A stretch of DNA of 64,000 bases from Eledone cirrhosa (lineage: Eukaryota). The stretch covers positions 84,692,001 through 84,756,000 of the forward strand of contig OZ024742.1 of assembly GCA_964016885.1 (NCBI GenBank), in the 5' to 3' direction. The notes under the pieces were generated by a model that had not been told where the DNA came from, did not search any database, and saw only the letters and a program-made list of their open reading frames with translations. Positions 47,797-61,448 of this stretch are shown piece by piece. The stretch's first letter is position 1; every line of letters starts with the position of its first letter. A program made the position numbers and the translations under genes.

Positions 47797-48697
47797 GGAT
47801 CCCGTCATTTATGCCCTTATGTTGGCATGCAGTTCTGTTTACATGCTAACACAAGAGCAATAATGCGGGATCATTCTACTGACATGGCTTTATTGGGGCT
47901 GTTTGCATAATTGCAAACGAATCGAATATTATTCGAATATTATTCGAAAAACTCAACTGCAACAACACAGCGCGCCATTTTTCATTCCTATATGCTTTCC
48001 CCTTCGCTGTGACCTGTTTTTTTCTCTTGCATTACTGCTATCCTCTTTCTCTCTCACCCTTCTCTCTCCGTCTCCCTCTTACTTTCATTTACCCCCTCTG
48101 CTAGTCACCCTCTCTCGGCTAGCCTCTTCCTGACATTTTCACTCACTCACTTTCTGCTACTCACGCTCTCTCTCACTTCCTCCATCGTCCCACACCGTGC
48201 GAAATTCTTCCCTCGCTTACTTTTCGCACGGTTAAGTTGTGTCTTTCGTCTTCTCGTCAATATTCGCAAGTTCTTATGATCAAATCAATCATTGACTTGA
48301 TTTTCTCATTTTTTCCTCTCTTGGCGTTGCCTCACAATTCCTCTTTGTTTACCTGTCTCTGTTTCTCCACCAATTTTTTTTTATCCCAATAACTTATTTT
48401 AGTTATTGTTCGCGCTAGCCTGAGCTGTCTGGTCTTTAATGCGAAGAAATACCTATAATGGCTAGTAGACCACTGATGATGGAAAGTCCTGGCTTCTATT
48501 TCTAATTCTTCATTTTAATTTGTATATATATATATTTATTTATGTGTGTGTGTGTATGTGTGCTTGAGAGTGTGTGTGTGTGTGCGTGCGAGTGCGCTTG
48601 TGTGTTAGTGAAACATTAGTTGGTGTATTTGTGTATGTGTACGAGTGTAAATACATTGCGCGATTACGATGCGTGTTTATCTATCAATCTATCTATC

Positions 48698-51158
48698 TTT
48701 GCGCGACTGTTTGAGCAGAACGACGGTGAGCCGAACGGGGCAATGGCTTTTAGTTCATACCTCGACAGCCTGCCGCGTCTCTCGAACACGGACGCCGAGT
48801 TCTGCGAAAGACCGATTAAGGACACTGAGATTCGGGACGCTCTGGGCGGCTACGGGAAACGCCACTCACCCGGTCTAGATGGTCTACCCTATGAGTTTTA
48901 CATAGGCATTCTGTACTTGTTCTTTGGCGTCCTCGAAGCCGTGTACTGCAATTGGCAGCAGAACAGGAGAATTCCCAATTCTGCAGGCAGGGCGTAGTAA
49001 CGCTGATCAGGAAAGACGAGAACAAGGAGGACGACTTCAGGTCCACAACTCTGCTCAAACAGAGTTTAAGATTGTGGCCATGGTGCTAGCGATGAGATTG
49101 GCGCTTGTCGTCGAGAACCTGGTAGGGAAAGCGAAAACATGTGCAATACCGAGCAGGTCCATACCCGACAACCTCCACCTAATGCGATACATCATAGAGA
49201 AGGTGGGTACTAAACCCGACTTCGGTGGGGCTCTGATCAATTTGGATCAGTCTAAGGCATTCGATAGGGTCGACCATCGATACTTAGAAGCGGATCTCAA
49301 GGCGGCCGGTTTCGGTCCCGTTTTCAGAGGCTGGATCGAGGCGATACACACCAGCATCTGCTCGAGGGTTAAGGTGATTGCGAACGGCTCCGATAGGTAG
49401 CCGTTCGCAATCACGCGTTCCATTCTACAGAGATGCCGTCTCTCCTCCATTCTATATGTATTGTCTGTAGAGCCACTACTGCGGAAATTGCAGCTGTTGC
49501 AGGGCATCCCTCTAGATCCGGGACTGCGCAAAGTGGCGTCGGCTTATGCTGACGACGTGACGGTAATGGTGTCGAGTACCTCGGAAATCGGGGTGATCGG
49601 CAACTTACTGAAAGAATACGAAATGCTGACGGGAGCAAAACTAAAACCGGACAAATCTGTCGGTTTGCAACTCGATACGTGGAGAGGAAAACCAATGACG
49701 TCCGACAGCGTCGTTGGACGCTGGACGGACGGACCGGTGAAATTGCTCGGAGTCTGGTTCGGTCCAGACCTCCAGGTGGAGAAAAACTGGAACGAGGTCA
49801 CGGCCAAGGTGTTTGCGCTGACTCAGTGGGCAGAGTGCAAACTGTCCTTGAAAGGTCGATCGGAGGGGGAGAACACTTTCATAGCGTCCGTCATCTACTA
49901 CCGCTTGACTGTCGTGCCTTGTCCCCGTGAACACCTCGCCAAGATGGAACGCATGCTCTTCCAGTTTCTGTGGAAGAAGCAGGCTCCGCTGGTGAGGAGA
50001 TCCGTCTGCTGTCAGTACCCTTCCAATGGAGGGCTGGGAATGCCGTGGCTGATGATGCGCAAACATGCGCTGAGGCTGCGGCATCTCCAGGTATTCCTCA
50101 CCGACCCCCAACCGGTGTAGGCACCGTTTGTGAGACAGGCTTTCCCGCAGCTCGTCTCGCTGACGGAGCTGCAGTCTTGGGTCAAGAAAAGACCGAAAAC
50201 GATGGGCGCCTGGCACATTGAATGCGCTCAGGTGCTCACAGTCCTCTGGTAAGCTAGCATAGCAATCAGTGGCGACTCCACTTCGACATTCTATAGATGG
50301 ATGTACGTTACAGGGGCCACGACGTGCTCAGAGAGACTCTAGGCGTCGAAGACGATGAGCTCACCAGTCTGTTTGGTAGGACTTTCCGCCCGGGACCTAC
50401 CGACAACTTCCAGAGGTCCCTGGCTTGGCAGTGCTACCGAAGAACTCTACCAGTTCGTGACGAGATCTACAGGCATGGACGCCCCGGCAGGGATCCTTCC
50501 AAGAGGACGTATCCAAGATGCACGCAGGACATTGAAACCATCCTGCACGCAATCCATACACTGCCCGGGCGCAACCGACCTGTGGAACTACGCGGAACAA
50601 CTGCTGTCGCGTATGGGACAAATCCAGTTGACTGCCGAGTCCATATAAGGATCAAACCGCAAACCACTTCATAAACGAAAGAGAGGGGGTGTTCCTCTGT
50701 ACAGTGGCTATGGTGAAAGGGGTTATATGGTGGACGAGGTTGAGAGGACTGAGGACAGATGCCTTTCTCTCTGGACAACGACTCATTCCCTTCTTTATAT
50801 ACCACTTTAGAAGGAGAATCAGTGTGGAGAGAGAGGCACTGCACCCCAGTAAATTTTCTGAAAGGTGAGTGAATGAAGCGAAAATGGCCCGAGTGATTGG
50901 GCCTTCTCTGTATATAAACCTGTAGGTTGAAGAAGATAGCAAAAGGAAGAAAGGAGCACTTGCACAACACGCTCCTGAAGTTGAGGGTTGTTCTATCGAC
51001 GGTAATTAAACAACCCATTTGTGTCGCCTCCCCCCTATTGGGGATTTCGATTGTTATAATTGTTTGTTTTATATTTTTTACACGATTGTATGTAAAATCC
51101 CCGGCATATCTTTGTTTTGTCCCCTTTTCTTGTGCGCCCTTGTGGCTAATAAAGAAAT
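48698..51158 (+). mobile_element. 5'-truncated L1/Tx1-clade LINE, subfamily D
   Basis: SPGLDGLPYE, LDQSKAFDRVDH, YADDVT, KLLGVWFG; 3' end GCCCTTGTGGCTAATAAAGAAAT; ATCT-type flanks. Confidence 0.9.
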
Positions 51159-51173
51159 ATATCTAACCCTCTC

Positions 51174-51246
<73 letters not shown>

Positions 51247-51697
51247 TATATATATGTGTGTGTGTGTGTGTGAGGGTGTGTTTGTGTGCGCGCTTGTAAA
51301 TTTGCATATCTGAATAATTGTCCACTTGTAATAAATAAAATAAATAAATAAATAAAAGTAAAAGGTATGCAACTTTAGAATGAGCTGTTCACATTCGTTG
51401 CATAAATATAAATATTTATATAACTAAATCATATTTCTCTTAAAACGTGAAACATATTCTAGCTTGAGATAAAATTTAATGATTACATTTGCTTGCATCT
51501 CGTTGATTGGTCAACTCCAACTGGACTTACGTTTTCGCCCCCTCATGCAATCACAAGTTTATTTTCTCTTCAAGCGATTAATTTGTTATTTACTTTACAG
51601 ACATATATTTAGAAAAATATATTCAATAGTTATCCCAATCAATAATGTAATGCAGCTGCTACCAGTGATTGTAGTGACATTGACGTTGGTGGTGATT

Positions 51698-51735
<38 letters not shown>

Positions 51736-52451
51736 CGTAATCATTATTATTTCTACTACTTTGCTCATCCCCAATAACAATATTGCTGTTATATTTCTGT
51801 CGTTATAACGTCATTTATTGATTTCTTTTTGTACTTTTTCAATCATACATTCTGTCTTTCCTTGTGTATCTGTCTTATTCAGCGTAATTGTGGTACACAT
51901 ATAAATGGATGTTTCTCTGAATATTCCTCACATACTCATATATTTCAATGACTAAATTTGACAATCTAGAAATACCATTCAAATTTGAACAACAGAAAAT
52001 AGGAAATGTTTGACACTCTCGATATACAGCGGAATTTATAATTGTAAATGTTCATGGACAATCAATATGTGCGAAACCTTATGACTAAATTGGTAATAAA
52101 TTACATTTCATTAGTTAATACATGCACATCTCACATATTTTCTATAATGCCTGCTTCATTACATAACATATAATATAATATATATTATTAAATTTGAATA
52201 AATAATAAAACTATAATCCAGAACGCCAAACATATCTTCTACTTGTAATTTCATGCACATTGTTTGATTGTTTTTTTAATATTTAAGAAGCATGGCACGT
52301 GTTCTTCTTAGTTTGGTATTAAACAAAAATAGATTTTCCATTTACCTGGCCTAACTATATAAAAACATGTATAAGATTAACAGATTCTATTGTAGGGAAC
52401 ATGTCACTAATAAAGAATGTAACACCGCTCAGTCATATTAGAGGTCTAAAA

Positions 52452-52672
52452 TAATAAGTGTTTCTACATTTGGCACAAGGCCAGCTATTTAAATTGATCC
52501 GGATTGTTGTTTCAAACGACCCTAGTTCATAAGTTGTACGTTATTTCATTAACACAGTAAGGATGAAAGGCAATGTTGACCACAGCGTGACTTGAATTCA
52601 GAATGTAAATAATGGTAACCAATTACTAGGAAGCATTTTCTTCGCCGCCCTAACATCACTGTTAATCCACCG
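52452..52672 (-). mobile_element. old diverged SINE S1-like copy
   Basis: TTTCTAC..TTGGCACAAGGCCAGC and AAGGATGAAAGGCAA match the reverse complement of S1. Confidence 0.65.
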
Positions 52673-52879
52673 CGAAGTGCATTCATTTCTCCTCTCTGGT
52701 AATTGCTTGCAGTAGGGATTTATTGATGAATTATCAGCTTTCTAGCCTCTTTTGGCTGTTAACCATACTCCCACACGTGAAAAACTTGTGAACAGCCTAT
52801 ACAACAAACTGGAGCTGGAGTTCGTAATGGAATCCAGGGTTGACTTCAATTTCATTCTGGCAGATTTTGTGCCTATAAC

Positions 52880-53520
52880 AGTTGCATGTTCAATTGAACA
52901 CTGTAAATAGATTACGTTTCGGGAATGTGCGAACAAGGGCCGGAGGAATTTCAAGAAATCAACAAAAGCGGTTAAAACAAGTTGTTGAACATCCAAGTGT
53001 ATATCGCACTTCTTCAAGAGACTTGTCACACCAAATCGAGAAACCTACATATGGGAGATATATATTCTTCTTTCTGAAGAAGGGATCGGGTGAGAGCATC
53101 GTGTAGGATATAGGATTTGGCGTGAGAAACACGCTGTTGAATATCCTAGAGTGTAGACAGAAAAAGTGAATGTTAGCATGGACTTATTCATTTCATTAGG
53201 CGATGATTCAACTGACTAGTACCATGACAAATTCTCAAGAGAAATACACAATATCCTATGGCAGAAATAATTATTGCTAAACTGGTGCCAATCACATCTC
53301 ATTGACAAAATGTTTAAGGTATGGCAGTGACGATGATACCAGACAAAGATTCCTCCAGTCTTGACATCTATACGAATTGTGTGTCATCAACAGCTACTTT
53401 CAAACCTGAGCGCAAACAGTGCCATAATGCCATACCTTTCAAAACATTTGAATCATAGAAATCACAAGAGGCCGCCACCTGAGTAATGTGATCTTGACCT
53501 TTTCCTTTCGGAGAGTTGTA
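52880..53520 (+). mobile_element. decayed APE endonuclease remnant of another LINE
   Basis: LRFG.NVRT ... YIFF..KG....IGFGVRNTLL pattern. Confidence 0.45.
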
Positions 53521-53569
53521 TAGATTTTAAAAACGGAATGGATAAATTAAGATTCTAGGCACAGCTGTT

Positions 53570-55975
53570 CTGCTAGAGATCACGTTGCAGATGGTGTATA
53601 ACGTTACAGCCACCGGATACGATGGGAGGATGTGATGTAAACTGGTTCCTGACAGAGCAAGAAGCAAGTCCGGACCTACAACGGTATACTACTAGTGATT
53701 AGTTAGGATAAGGCGAGCAGCTGCCGCCTTTAGAAATGCCTAGTCTTCTCGGGTTTGTGAAAAGTACCAAACTGGTGACAGTCGCAAATAGAGCTACCAA
53801 AACACTGAAATGTAGCTGGAAACAGTAAATTCATCAATATAATATTAACACTTGTACGATATAACAAGTGACGCGTACATATCTTAGGCAGAGATGCTTG
53901 TTCAAAATATGTATTGCAGTCTCCACACAACGCTGCAAAAGCTGGTGATGGGCGTGCGACCTTTCTTGTGCAGCAAGTGATGGAAGCACAAAGCTTGCCT
54001 ATCCAGAGACCACAGAGAGGATTCAGAAGAGAGCAACCCTTAACAATTAGTAACTGGAACTTTGTGGAGCGAGCCACCTACTATCTAAAATATAGTCGGG
54101 GCTTCCTCAACATAATTGCGTGGCACTGGTACTGTAGATTTGGGTGGAGATGGAAACTCCAATATTCCGTGGGGAGCTTGAAACGAGTGCACAGTTGGGA
54201 GTAGGAATACACACAATGACTTGGCTGTCAGAATGTGTTATGAACTGGATCCCATTAAGAAGAAGGATTTTTCTTTTAAAGCTTGGGCTGATAGAAGGTG
54301 CTACGTTGGTAGCAGAAATGTATGCGTCGAAATGAGAGACCGAACACATATCCTTACTAGATGAAATCCTTACAGTGTCCATCCGACATGGAAAGTAATG
54401 GTGATCTCGATCGAAATTCGAATGGAAATGCCTTTTGGGATCTCTGCTCTTATAACGGGCTCTCAATTATGAACACATTCTCCCAGCACAAAAAGATGGT
54501 ATAAGGGGAATCCGGAACAGAGATCAGTATTTGGCTCTTTAAAACATTTTATCTGATCTCTCCGATTCTAGACTGGATGTCCGTGTTCAAATGGGGACTA
54601 AGATGTTAACTGATCGCCATCTAGTTTTCTATAACCTGTGACTACCTAAAGACAAGGGACCCCTACAAAGCTTGCATGTCCACATCGACAATTGGATGAG
54701 ATGGGAATCGCTGGCCCAAAGGAAGTTCAGGATCAGGCTTGCAGATCCTATTGCATCCAAATTCGGAGAGCAAACTGAGGACGTTGAAACGAAACAATTT
54801 AAGTTTCGGCTTTGAATACTGCAAGCTAACGCGGCTCGGAGGGGCCGAGTGGCAGGAAGACACATTGCTTGAATCTGAGCAAAGAGGGGCGCTTAGAAAG
54901 ATTGGTTTGGATAAAAATTCTCCTTCTTGCATTTGCAGAAATTAAAGGCATCCACATTTCAGATAATATGAATTTGGGGCTAGCTGCTAAGCTCTATGCT
55001 GCATCTAGGATTGTTGACTAGGACGCTGGGGTTACATTAGAAATTTAAAAAAGGTTAAATGCTGCAAGGTCACCGGGAAAGGAAGGTTCCACCCAAGATG
55101 TCCAAATTCTTAAAATAGGGAAGATATTATTCGCATGTGTCAGGTGGGCTGGATCACTAGAAAGGCACGCAAGCAATGGACATCGGAATAATAATTCCAC
55201 TTTTCAAAAAGGGAGCCAAAAGAGATTCTTCCAATTATACAGGGATATCATTGTGATTGCTCCTCTGCAAAGTTTATGGTACGTGTCTGGTAAGGCGATT
55301 TAGGGTGACTGTCGAATCCAAGCTAGCTGACGAACAGTGTGTATTTCGCTCCTGACGAAACACAGCTGGCCAAATATTAACACTTCGGCAGGTCTTTGAT
55401 TCGTAGACCACAGAAAGGCATGTAAATGTATTCCACGTGACCTGCAGAGGAAGGTTCTAGGTGTATGGTATTGATGGATTTCCTTCGGTTGTGCATAAGT
55501 ATTAATATTCGGCTAAATGAAGCTAAAGCGAAACAATATGGGTTTCATACTCCGCCAAGTGTGCGTACTGTCACAACTACTCCATCTCCCATTCGGTTCC
55601 CCCGAAGGGTCTTTCGAGTTAATTTACTCATTAGAATGCGTAGCTCGGAGACCAGGGAGTCACTCCAGTTAGAGCCACTATTTCTCCGAATCACGAATCA
55701 AGAGCCACTATTTCTCCGAATCAGATATTATGGACATGCGATTAAAATGTCTACGGAAAGAATCACTGGGCAGATTTTATGGACTAAGCAAACGTATAGT
55801 TGATCCAGGGAAAAACCTCGCGCAAGATGGCTGGATAATATCAACGAGTTCGGCTTGTTTCGCTTTGGGAACCAGTCGAAACAAATGGATGCGTTCGCTT
55901 TTGAGAGGACCCAATGGAAAGCGTGCTCGATGATTTGCCCCCATGACTCTCCAAGGAATAAGTGAGCAAAGAAGA
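53570..55975 (+). mobile_element. decayed RTE-clade LINE with (AAG)n tail
   Basis: APE fragment (54030-54340); RT remnant PLFKKG..NY.GI...KVY...EQC.FR (55190-55400); C-terminal LEPL.LRI..YGH..M...RW. Confidence 0.7.
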
Positions 55976-56082
55976 AGAAAAAGAAGAAGAAGAATACGAC
56001 GACGACGACGACGAAGAAGAATAAGAAAAAGAAGAAGAAGAAGAAGAAGCTGGAGAATAATAATAATAATAATAATAATAAT

Positions 56083-56230
56083 GCTTTCTTTATTAACCAC
56101 AAGGGTTTATATAAAGTAGACATTAAGGACAGTACAGGACAATACAGGACGGTACAAATGGGCATTTCCGCGTGTAAAAAAAACAACAGAGGATGTAATA
56201 AAAAAATAACAATGAAAGATTCCCCAATAG

Positions 56231-56231
<1 letters not shown>
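56083..56231 (-). mobile_element. ~150-bp 3'UTR-only Tx1-B insertion embedded in (AAT)n
   Basis: matches 39190-39332; (AAT)n on both sides (56056-56082 and 56232-56310). Confidence 0.9.
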
Positions 56232-56311
<80 letters not shown>

Positions 56312-57162
56312 GAAGAAGAAGAAGAAGAAGAAGACGCACGAGGTGGTAGAAGGTCATGAAATCGCTCCCGTAAGTTTTTGATTTTTAACATATTTAAATC
56401 AATTGTGAAATAACAATTCTTAGTACAAATGTTGCATAAACCACCGCATCAAGTCCCATAAAATTTCGGATCCATATTATATTGTTATATCGCTCAAATA
56501 TTCAATTTTGTATGATATATTTTGTATTCAAAAAGAAGAAAATGGTTATAAATGGAAGAAAACACCCTCTGTCTACACTATATAGAACAGCCAAATAACA
56601 GCAATTTCACCAACACCAGAAACTTGATACACCACCTACCCCATCACACTAAATATAACAGCCAGATAACGGCAATTTCACCACCACCAATCCCAGCATC
56701 ATAATAATAATTACTATTATTATTGTCTCAAGTTTTAACAAAATGTTTAATTCCAATTTTACGGGAATATGTCAACATAATATATATTAAACATACGAAC
56801 ACAAACTCATAGACACTACATATCACAAAACTCAGTAACCACAACGCCACCGCCGCCACCACCCCATCCATCATTGCTACCAATATCCCATCGCCGCCGC
56901 CACCACTCCTTCATTGCTACCACCACTATTCCCCTGTTAACTTGAGAGAGAAAGGGGAAGGTGGCGGTATCACTAGACAAGGGAGAGGCTAGCAAAATAT
57001 ATAAACAGATTGACTTAGTGACCCAGCCACCGGCCAAACGTCAACAACTATGGCACTGCTGGCTCCCCCTTCCTCACCAACAATATAAAAAGCCCCAGCA
57101 CCACCACCGACATAGCCAACAACAATAACAGGCAACTGCAGCAAAAAGTATATTATATTATT

Positions 57163-57212
57163 GTAATGCACTGGGTGATTGCTGGCCTTGTGCCTGGAGT
57201 GGAACAATTATT
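57163..57212 (+). mobile_element. 3' fragment of SINE S1
   Basis: GTAATGCACTGGGTGATTGCTGGCCTTGTGCC...ACAATTATT. Confidence 0.75.
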
Positions 57213-57218
57213 AATAAT

Positions 57219-60200
57219 TTCATTCTTAAGCCACGCAATGCTCACATTAAGCAACCACTCATGATAATAACAATTTAAAAAACAACAAAAAGAAAACCCC
57301 GTCACCAAGAAATACCGGGATGGCGGCCGGCGGGGAATAGCCGTGTCTCTAGGGGAGAACGACCCCTCTAGTCTTGGTTGACACTCGTTCTAGAAGTGGT
57401 AACACGAAATGATTACCCCTTGGCGGATAAGGATAAAACGCGACAAAATAAAGTAAATGTCTAATGATAAAATCTCATACCGGATCGGCCGTCACCCGGG
57501 TAAAAAAGGGCCGCGTCCCTCAGAGAGGAACTAGACTGGGGTCGAAAAATCAGCTAATGGTTCAAACCTTCCCATCACTTCGGAGCTGGAGACCTCCCAT
57601 AACCGGAATACTCCTACTGTTGGCCCTCCATGCTCACCACCAAGAAACCCAAATAAAAAGAGAGAAAAATGGTCAAGGGAAGATAATAAAGAAGTCCTTG
57701 AGGCTTTCTACACTGCCATGTACTACCCATCAAATACATCGAATACAGAACAGACATATATCAACTGGAAAAAGAAACATCCCGAAAACAGAGGCTATAT
57801 TGACAGTAACAAACTAGCCAATATACGAAGAAATATTGTAAAAAAAAAGTTACTAACTGATATAGAAATTGATCAGATCAAGCTATTAGCACAAAGTCAG
57901 CGAACGGAAAATGAAACATGTGTCAGTGAAAACGAGGTAAATTGTAACACTTCGAATCCCAGGGTTGGGGCGGAATCACTGGCAACAGAACAAATTAAAG
58001 AAAGGATCGAAAAAGTGGAGGGAGTGCATGCTCAAGTTGAAACTCCAAATGAAAATAATGAGATCGTAAATGATAAAGATATGAATGAGAATGAACTTGC
58101 CAACTTGAAGGATGAAATTATGATCGAATGGATGAAAATGAAAGAATCTGACATGGGGCAACGAGACACCCTCCCTAAGATCCAGAACTCCAAACAGAAC
58201 CAAAAGATAATACACAAGACTAACATAATTCTCAAAAACATTATCATCACAAACAAACTAAACATTACTGATTTAAATTATCTCTATTATGCATCGGATA
58301 AAGTCACCACTCACTTATGTGGCGTGAAGATGAAAAAACAAAGGAATTCCCACAAGAAATCTACTTGGCAAGAGAACATCAATCGCCAAATAAACCTTCT
58401 CCGATCTGACATAAACATTTTAACAAACTATAAAGTAGGTGAACATGTTAAACAAACTAAACTTAGAAAATTGAAAAGAAAGTACAGTATAAAATCAACA
58501 AGTGACATAGACATGCTGATAGAAATAATCAAGCAAAAAGTGTCGGCCAAAGCTGCTCGTATAAGGCGCTTTGAAAAACGATCTAGATTCTATAAGGACA
58601 ATAATATGTTCAAAAACAACCACAGAAACTTCTACAGAAAAATTGGTAAGTCAACAATAACTGCTAAATCAATACCAACCAAGGAGGAAGTGCGAGGATT
58701 CTGGGAAAAGATATTGGCCGAAGAAAAAGTTCATAACATACATGCCCCATGGATAAACAGACAAATGAAAGATAAAGCTCACCTTGAAGAACAAATATGG
58801 GAGAATATAACAGTTGAACAGTTGCGCTTGGCTCTAAGAAAAACCAGCAAATGGAAATCCCCAGGAAAAGACAAAATACAAAATTTTTGGATAAATGCCT
58901 TCACAGAGTCTCATGAGCTGTTAGCTCAAATTTACAATGAAATAGTTAAGGAGCCAGAAAAGATACCATCATGGCTAGTTAACGGCATTACATTCCTGCC
59001 TCCGAAGAATGATGAGACAAACAATCCCAAAAATTACAGACCGATAACTTGCTTGACCACAATGTATAAAATTTTAACATCAGTCCTGACTGAATACACA
59101 TATGACCACCTGATAACAAATGACCTATTTCCCATTGAGCAGAAAGGGTGTAAACAAGGCTCATATGGCTGTAAGGATCAGCTTTTGGTTAACAAAATGA
59201 TAATGGAAGATTGTCATAATAGACACAAAAATATATCAATTGCTTGGATAGATTATAAAAAAGCATTCGATAGTTTGCCACAGTTGGATTGAAAAATGTT
59301 TAGAGATTTTCAAAATATCTCCCGTTGTCAGGAGGTTTTTGTCATTCAGTATGAAGACAAGGAAAACGACACTCCTTTTGAATAGTGAAACAAAATCATT
59401 GGAAGCTGGAGAAGTTAATATTAATTGTGGAATTTTTCAGGGTGACTCTTTATCACCGCTTTTATTCTGCATCGCACTTATACCAATGAAACAAAACATG
59501 GATATAATGTCTATGACAAAACCATTAATCACTTGTTCTACATGGATGACATGAAACTATTTGCAAAAAATGATGAACAATTGCAAGGGCTATTATCCAC
59601 TGTGGAGCAGTTCAGTGATGACATTAAAATGGAGTTTGGACTAGATAAATGCGCCAAAGCAACGTTCACCAGAGGAAAGCTGCTGAAGAGTTCAGACATT
59701 AATCTTGATCGGGGGAATGTGATAAGAGAACTTGATCAAGAGGAAACTTACAAATATCTAGGTGTTTGTGAAGGAGACGGAATCAAGCACTCGACAATGA
59801 TGGAAAGGATAAGGAAGGAATGTTACCGCAGAGTAAGAGCAATCTTCAGAACGGAATTGAATGCAAGGAATAGGATCGATGCCATAAACACGCTTGCCAT
59901 ACCAGTAGTAACCTACAGTTACAATGTCATCAACTGGTCAAGCACAGATATCCGTAGGCTCGATACAAAAATTCGAAAATTCTTAACCATGCACAGAATG
60001 CATCATCCTAAGGCAGATATAGATAGAATATATCTCCCTAGGAAAGAAGGAGGACGTGGGTTAATCCAGTTAGATATTGCGTTGAAAACTGCAACAATTG
60101 GATTATCTACATATCTAAGGGAATCACATGATTGGATGATCAAACTCGTTTTGAAACACGAAAGCATCAAAAGATCATACTCCATTACAAAAGATGCACA

Positions 60201-61241
60201 AAGATACAGTAATGGACTACAAATCAGAAGTCCCATTTACTGCTGAAATGGAAAACACAGAAAAAGCAAAGCAGGTAAAAGTAACTGCAAAGAAAGAACT
60301 GCTACAGAAACTGGCTAAGAAATGGCAAGAAAAGCCTCTGTATGGAAAATACCCAGAACGAGCTAACAGTCCTAATGTTGACAAAACTTTAACCCATCAG
60401 TGGTTGGCATCCTCTGGACTGAAATCGGAGACTGAGGACTGATTATATCAGCACAAGATCAGTGTCTGCCAACAAAAAATTACCAAGCCAACATAATAAA
60501 AAATGGATGCAGCCCATTATGCCGTGTATGTTAAAAACAACCAGAGACCATTGACCATATAATTTCAATGTGCTCCAACCGAATACCTAAACAGCTCCAA
60601 CCGAATACCTAAACAGGCATGACAGAGCTGCACAATTCATACATTGGATAATGTGTAAGCATTTTGACCTGCCCCATCAAGAGAATTGGTGGGAGCATCA
60701 ACCACTTCTCATACTTGAAAAAGATCACATCTCAATCTTGTGGAACTTTAGCATCCAAACAGACCGAAAAATAGATGCAAATAGACCTGATATAATATTG
60801 AAGGACTTTAAAAGGAGGGTATGCCTGCTAATTGATATGTCCGTTCCAATAGACAAGAATGTATCTATAAAAACATTTGAAAAATTGAGAAAGTATAAGG
60901 ACCTGGAGATAGAAATTGGAAAAATGTGGAAATTGAGAACTAAAATAATACCAGTGGTTGCAGGCGCTCTAGGAATGATATCTAAGGGGTCTAATGATTA
61001 CTTATCGCAAATCCCAGGAAACCCGCGTATAGGAGACATACAAAAGATAGTACTAATGGGAACTGCCCATATACTAAGGAAGATTCTGTCAATGTAAGTA
61101 CATCACAAGTCTAAACACCTAAAGAAGCATGTGTGAGTATGTATGTTCTTTCTTGAATATGGCGGACCTTGTTGTCTCTTGAGGTCACTGGTTGTGACTT
61201 GGTGATAACTCGTATGAACATAAAGCAGGATAAATGCAGCT

Positions 61242-61242
<1 letters not shown>
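57219..61242 (+). mobile_element. near full-length R4/Dong-type non-LTR retrotransposon (single ORF ~57556-61097, frameshifted), (TAA)n tail 61243-61275
   Basis: N-terminal KWSREDNKEVLEAFY; WKSPGKDKIQNFW, NYRPITCL, WIDYKKAFDS, GIFQGDSLSPLLFC, FYMDD, YKYLG; CRVC..ETIDHI; RHD, NRPDI, LIDMSVP, KYKDL. Confidence 0.92.
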
Positions 61243-61273
<31 letters not shown>

Positions 61274-61276
<3 letters not shown>

Positions 61277-61448
61277 TGTTTCTACTTTAGGCACAAGGCC
61301 AGCAATAACCCAGTGCATTACTGGTACTTTATTGTATCGACCCCGTAAGGATGAAAGGCAAAGTCAACCTCGGCGGGATTTGAACTCAGATCGTAAAAGG
61401 ACGTAACTCTGCTGGAAAGCATGGTGTCCGACCCTCCAGCGAACTGCC
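61274..61448 (-). mobile_element. SINE S1 at the 3' end of Tx1-B3, sharing its tail microsatellite with the Dong-type element
   Basis: reverse complement of S1. Confidence 0.9.

Noticed and set aside
48466-48495. Hammerhead at CCACTGATGATGGAAAGTCCTGG
   Set aside because: The GAAA/stem III/cleavage half is missing, so it is at best a deleted relic.
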